Translations under genes and position numbers: made by a program
Notes under the pieces: model-generated
The model's database searches: none
What the model was told of the DNA's origin: nothing
Seen by the model: the letters and a program-made list of their open reading frames with translations, nothing else
Part shown: piece after piece, positions 63,097-64,000 of the stretch
How the letters are laid out: each line of letters opens with the position of its first letter
How positions within the stretch are numbered: position 1 is the stretch's first letter
From: Phoronis australis
Lineage: Eukaryota > Animalia > Phoronida
DNA: 64,000 bases
NCBI GenBank assembly: GCA_002633005.1
Contig: NMRA01000080.1
Coordinates: 649,291 to 713,290, forward strand
Reading direction: 5' to 3'

Positions 63097-64000
63097 GTAT
63101 TGTAGCTTGGTACACTTTAGCCGTTTTCTCTTTGGATTTTTAAAGGGGCGTTTCACTACTGCATAACAGTCAATTTTGAATTATTAATGGCTGTTTAAAA
63201 CAGTTCTGTATTCATCCAATCTTGAGTAATCGCTGAATAAGCCGGCAACTTAAGTCACAGGCATTGCGTACCTGCGCCATTTTTGTTATCAAAATTTTAG
63301 ACTTGGTCAACCCAACAAATTCCAAAAAGTTTTCTTGAGTTTGCTGATGTTTTTAACATTCTTGTTGGCAACAGAAATAGACTCTTATCATGGTGAGGAA
63401 TATTGTGAAACCGATCTTATGAAAGTTAAAGGCCCAATTTGTTTTTTTTAACCAGCCAAACAATGCAAAATGGTTTAACTGAACATTTCTTGTCAGTTGT
63501 TTTAGTTAACCACTGACCTTAAGTTTGAACTCTACTACCGGTATATTATCTATGTTTCTGATTAGTGTTAACGTAGTTCCAGCAAGTGGTATCCTGGGGA
63601 TGTCCAAGTAAAGTTTGAAATCGTTATTCCTTGTCATTTACCCATATTATTTATACTTTGTTGCTAAATATGGTAAATAATTTTGCAAGAGGTATTTGTA
63701 AATGATATTCATTATTGTGCGTACCTCAATTGCTTTTTAGATTTCACACACTCGGCAGTCTTAATCAAGCTGTTTGACCCACACATCGTTTGTTTTTTCG
63801 GTTTCTATTCTCCTGTTTGTCGGTTCTGTCTTACTATGTCAAACTATTGCTCTAAGAGAAACTGGTCTTGATGTGCTGTGTCAAATTATGATTCAAGTTC
63901 AAATAAGGTTGCTCTCATCTTCATTTACTTTGTCTTAGAATAATCTGATATATCCATCGTACAGATGTAATGTTTGTTTAGGTTTGGTTAACGCATTTGA

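Overview
Eukaryotic (metazoan, probably ciliated invertebrate) genomic DNA with GT-AG spliced genes and many transposon relics; nothing prokaryotic and no CRISPR. Left to right: (1) the 3' end of a + strand gene whose acidic, disordered C-terminus is built from ten frame-preserving phase-1 exons plus a terminal exon (165-14756); (2) a convergent - strand gene of about 470 aa with no domain I recognise (16794-18671); (3) a complete 6-exon secreted pancreatic-lipase-family gene (308 aa) with a near-absent lid, a short beta-9 loop and no PLAT domain (25167-32357); (4) a decayed Ty3/Gypsy retrotransposon with the Gmr1-type order gag-PR-IN-RT-RH, split by a nested CACTA/EnSpm-like element (32713-36960); (5) a complete SLC34 (NaPi-II) Na/phosphate cotransporter gene on the - strand, with exons 5-7 present twice around an N gap, most likely uncollapsed haplotypes (38771-52505); (6) the first three exons of TTC25/ODAD4, preceded by an RFX X-box (60931-63096, continuing beyond the window). 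There are also many MITEs (Kolobok-like TTAA, hAT-like with 5- and 6-bp TSDs, Harbinger-like CTG, Tc1/pogo-like TA) and mini/microsatellites. All exon models were read by eye from splice signals and reading-frame continuity and need RNA support.
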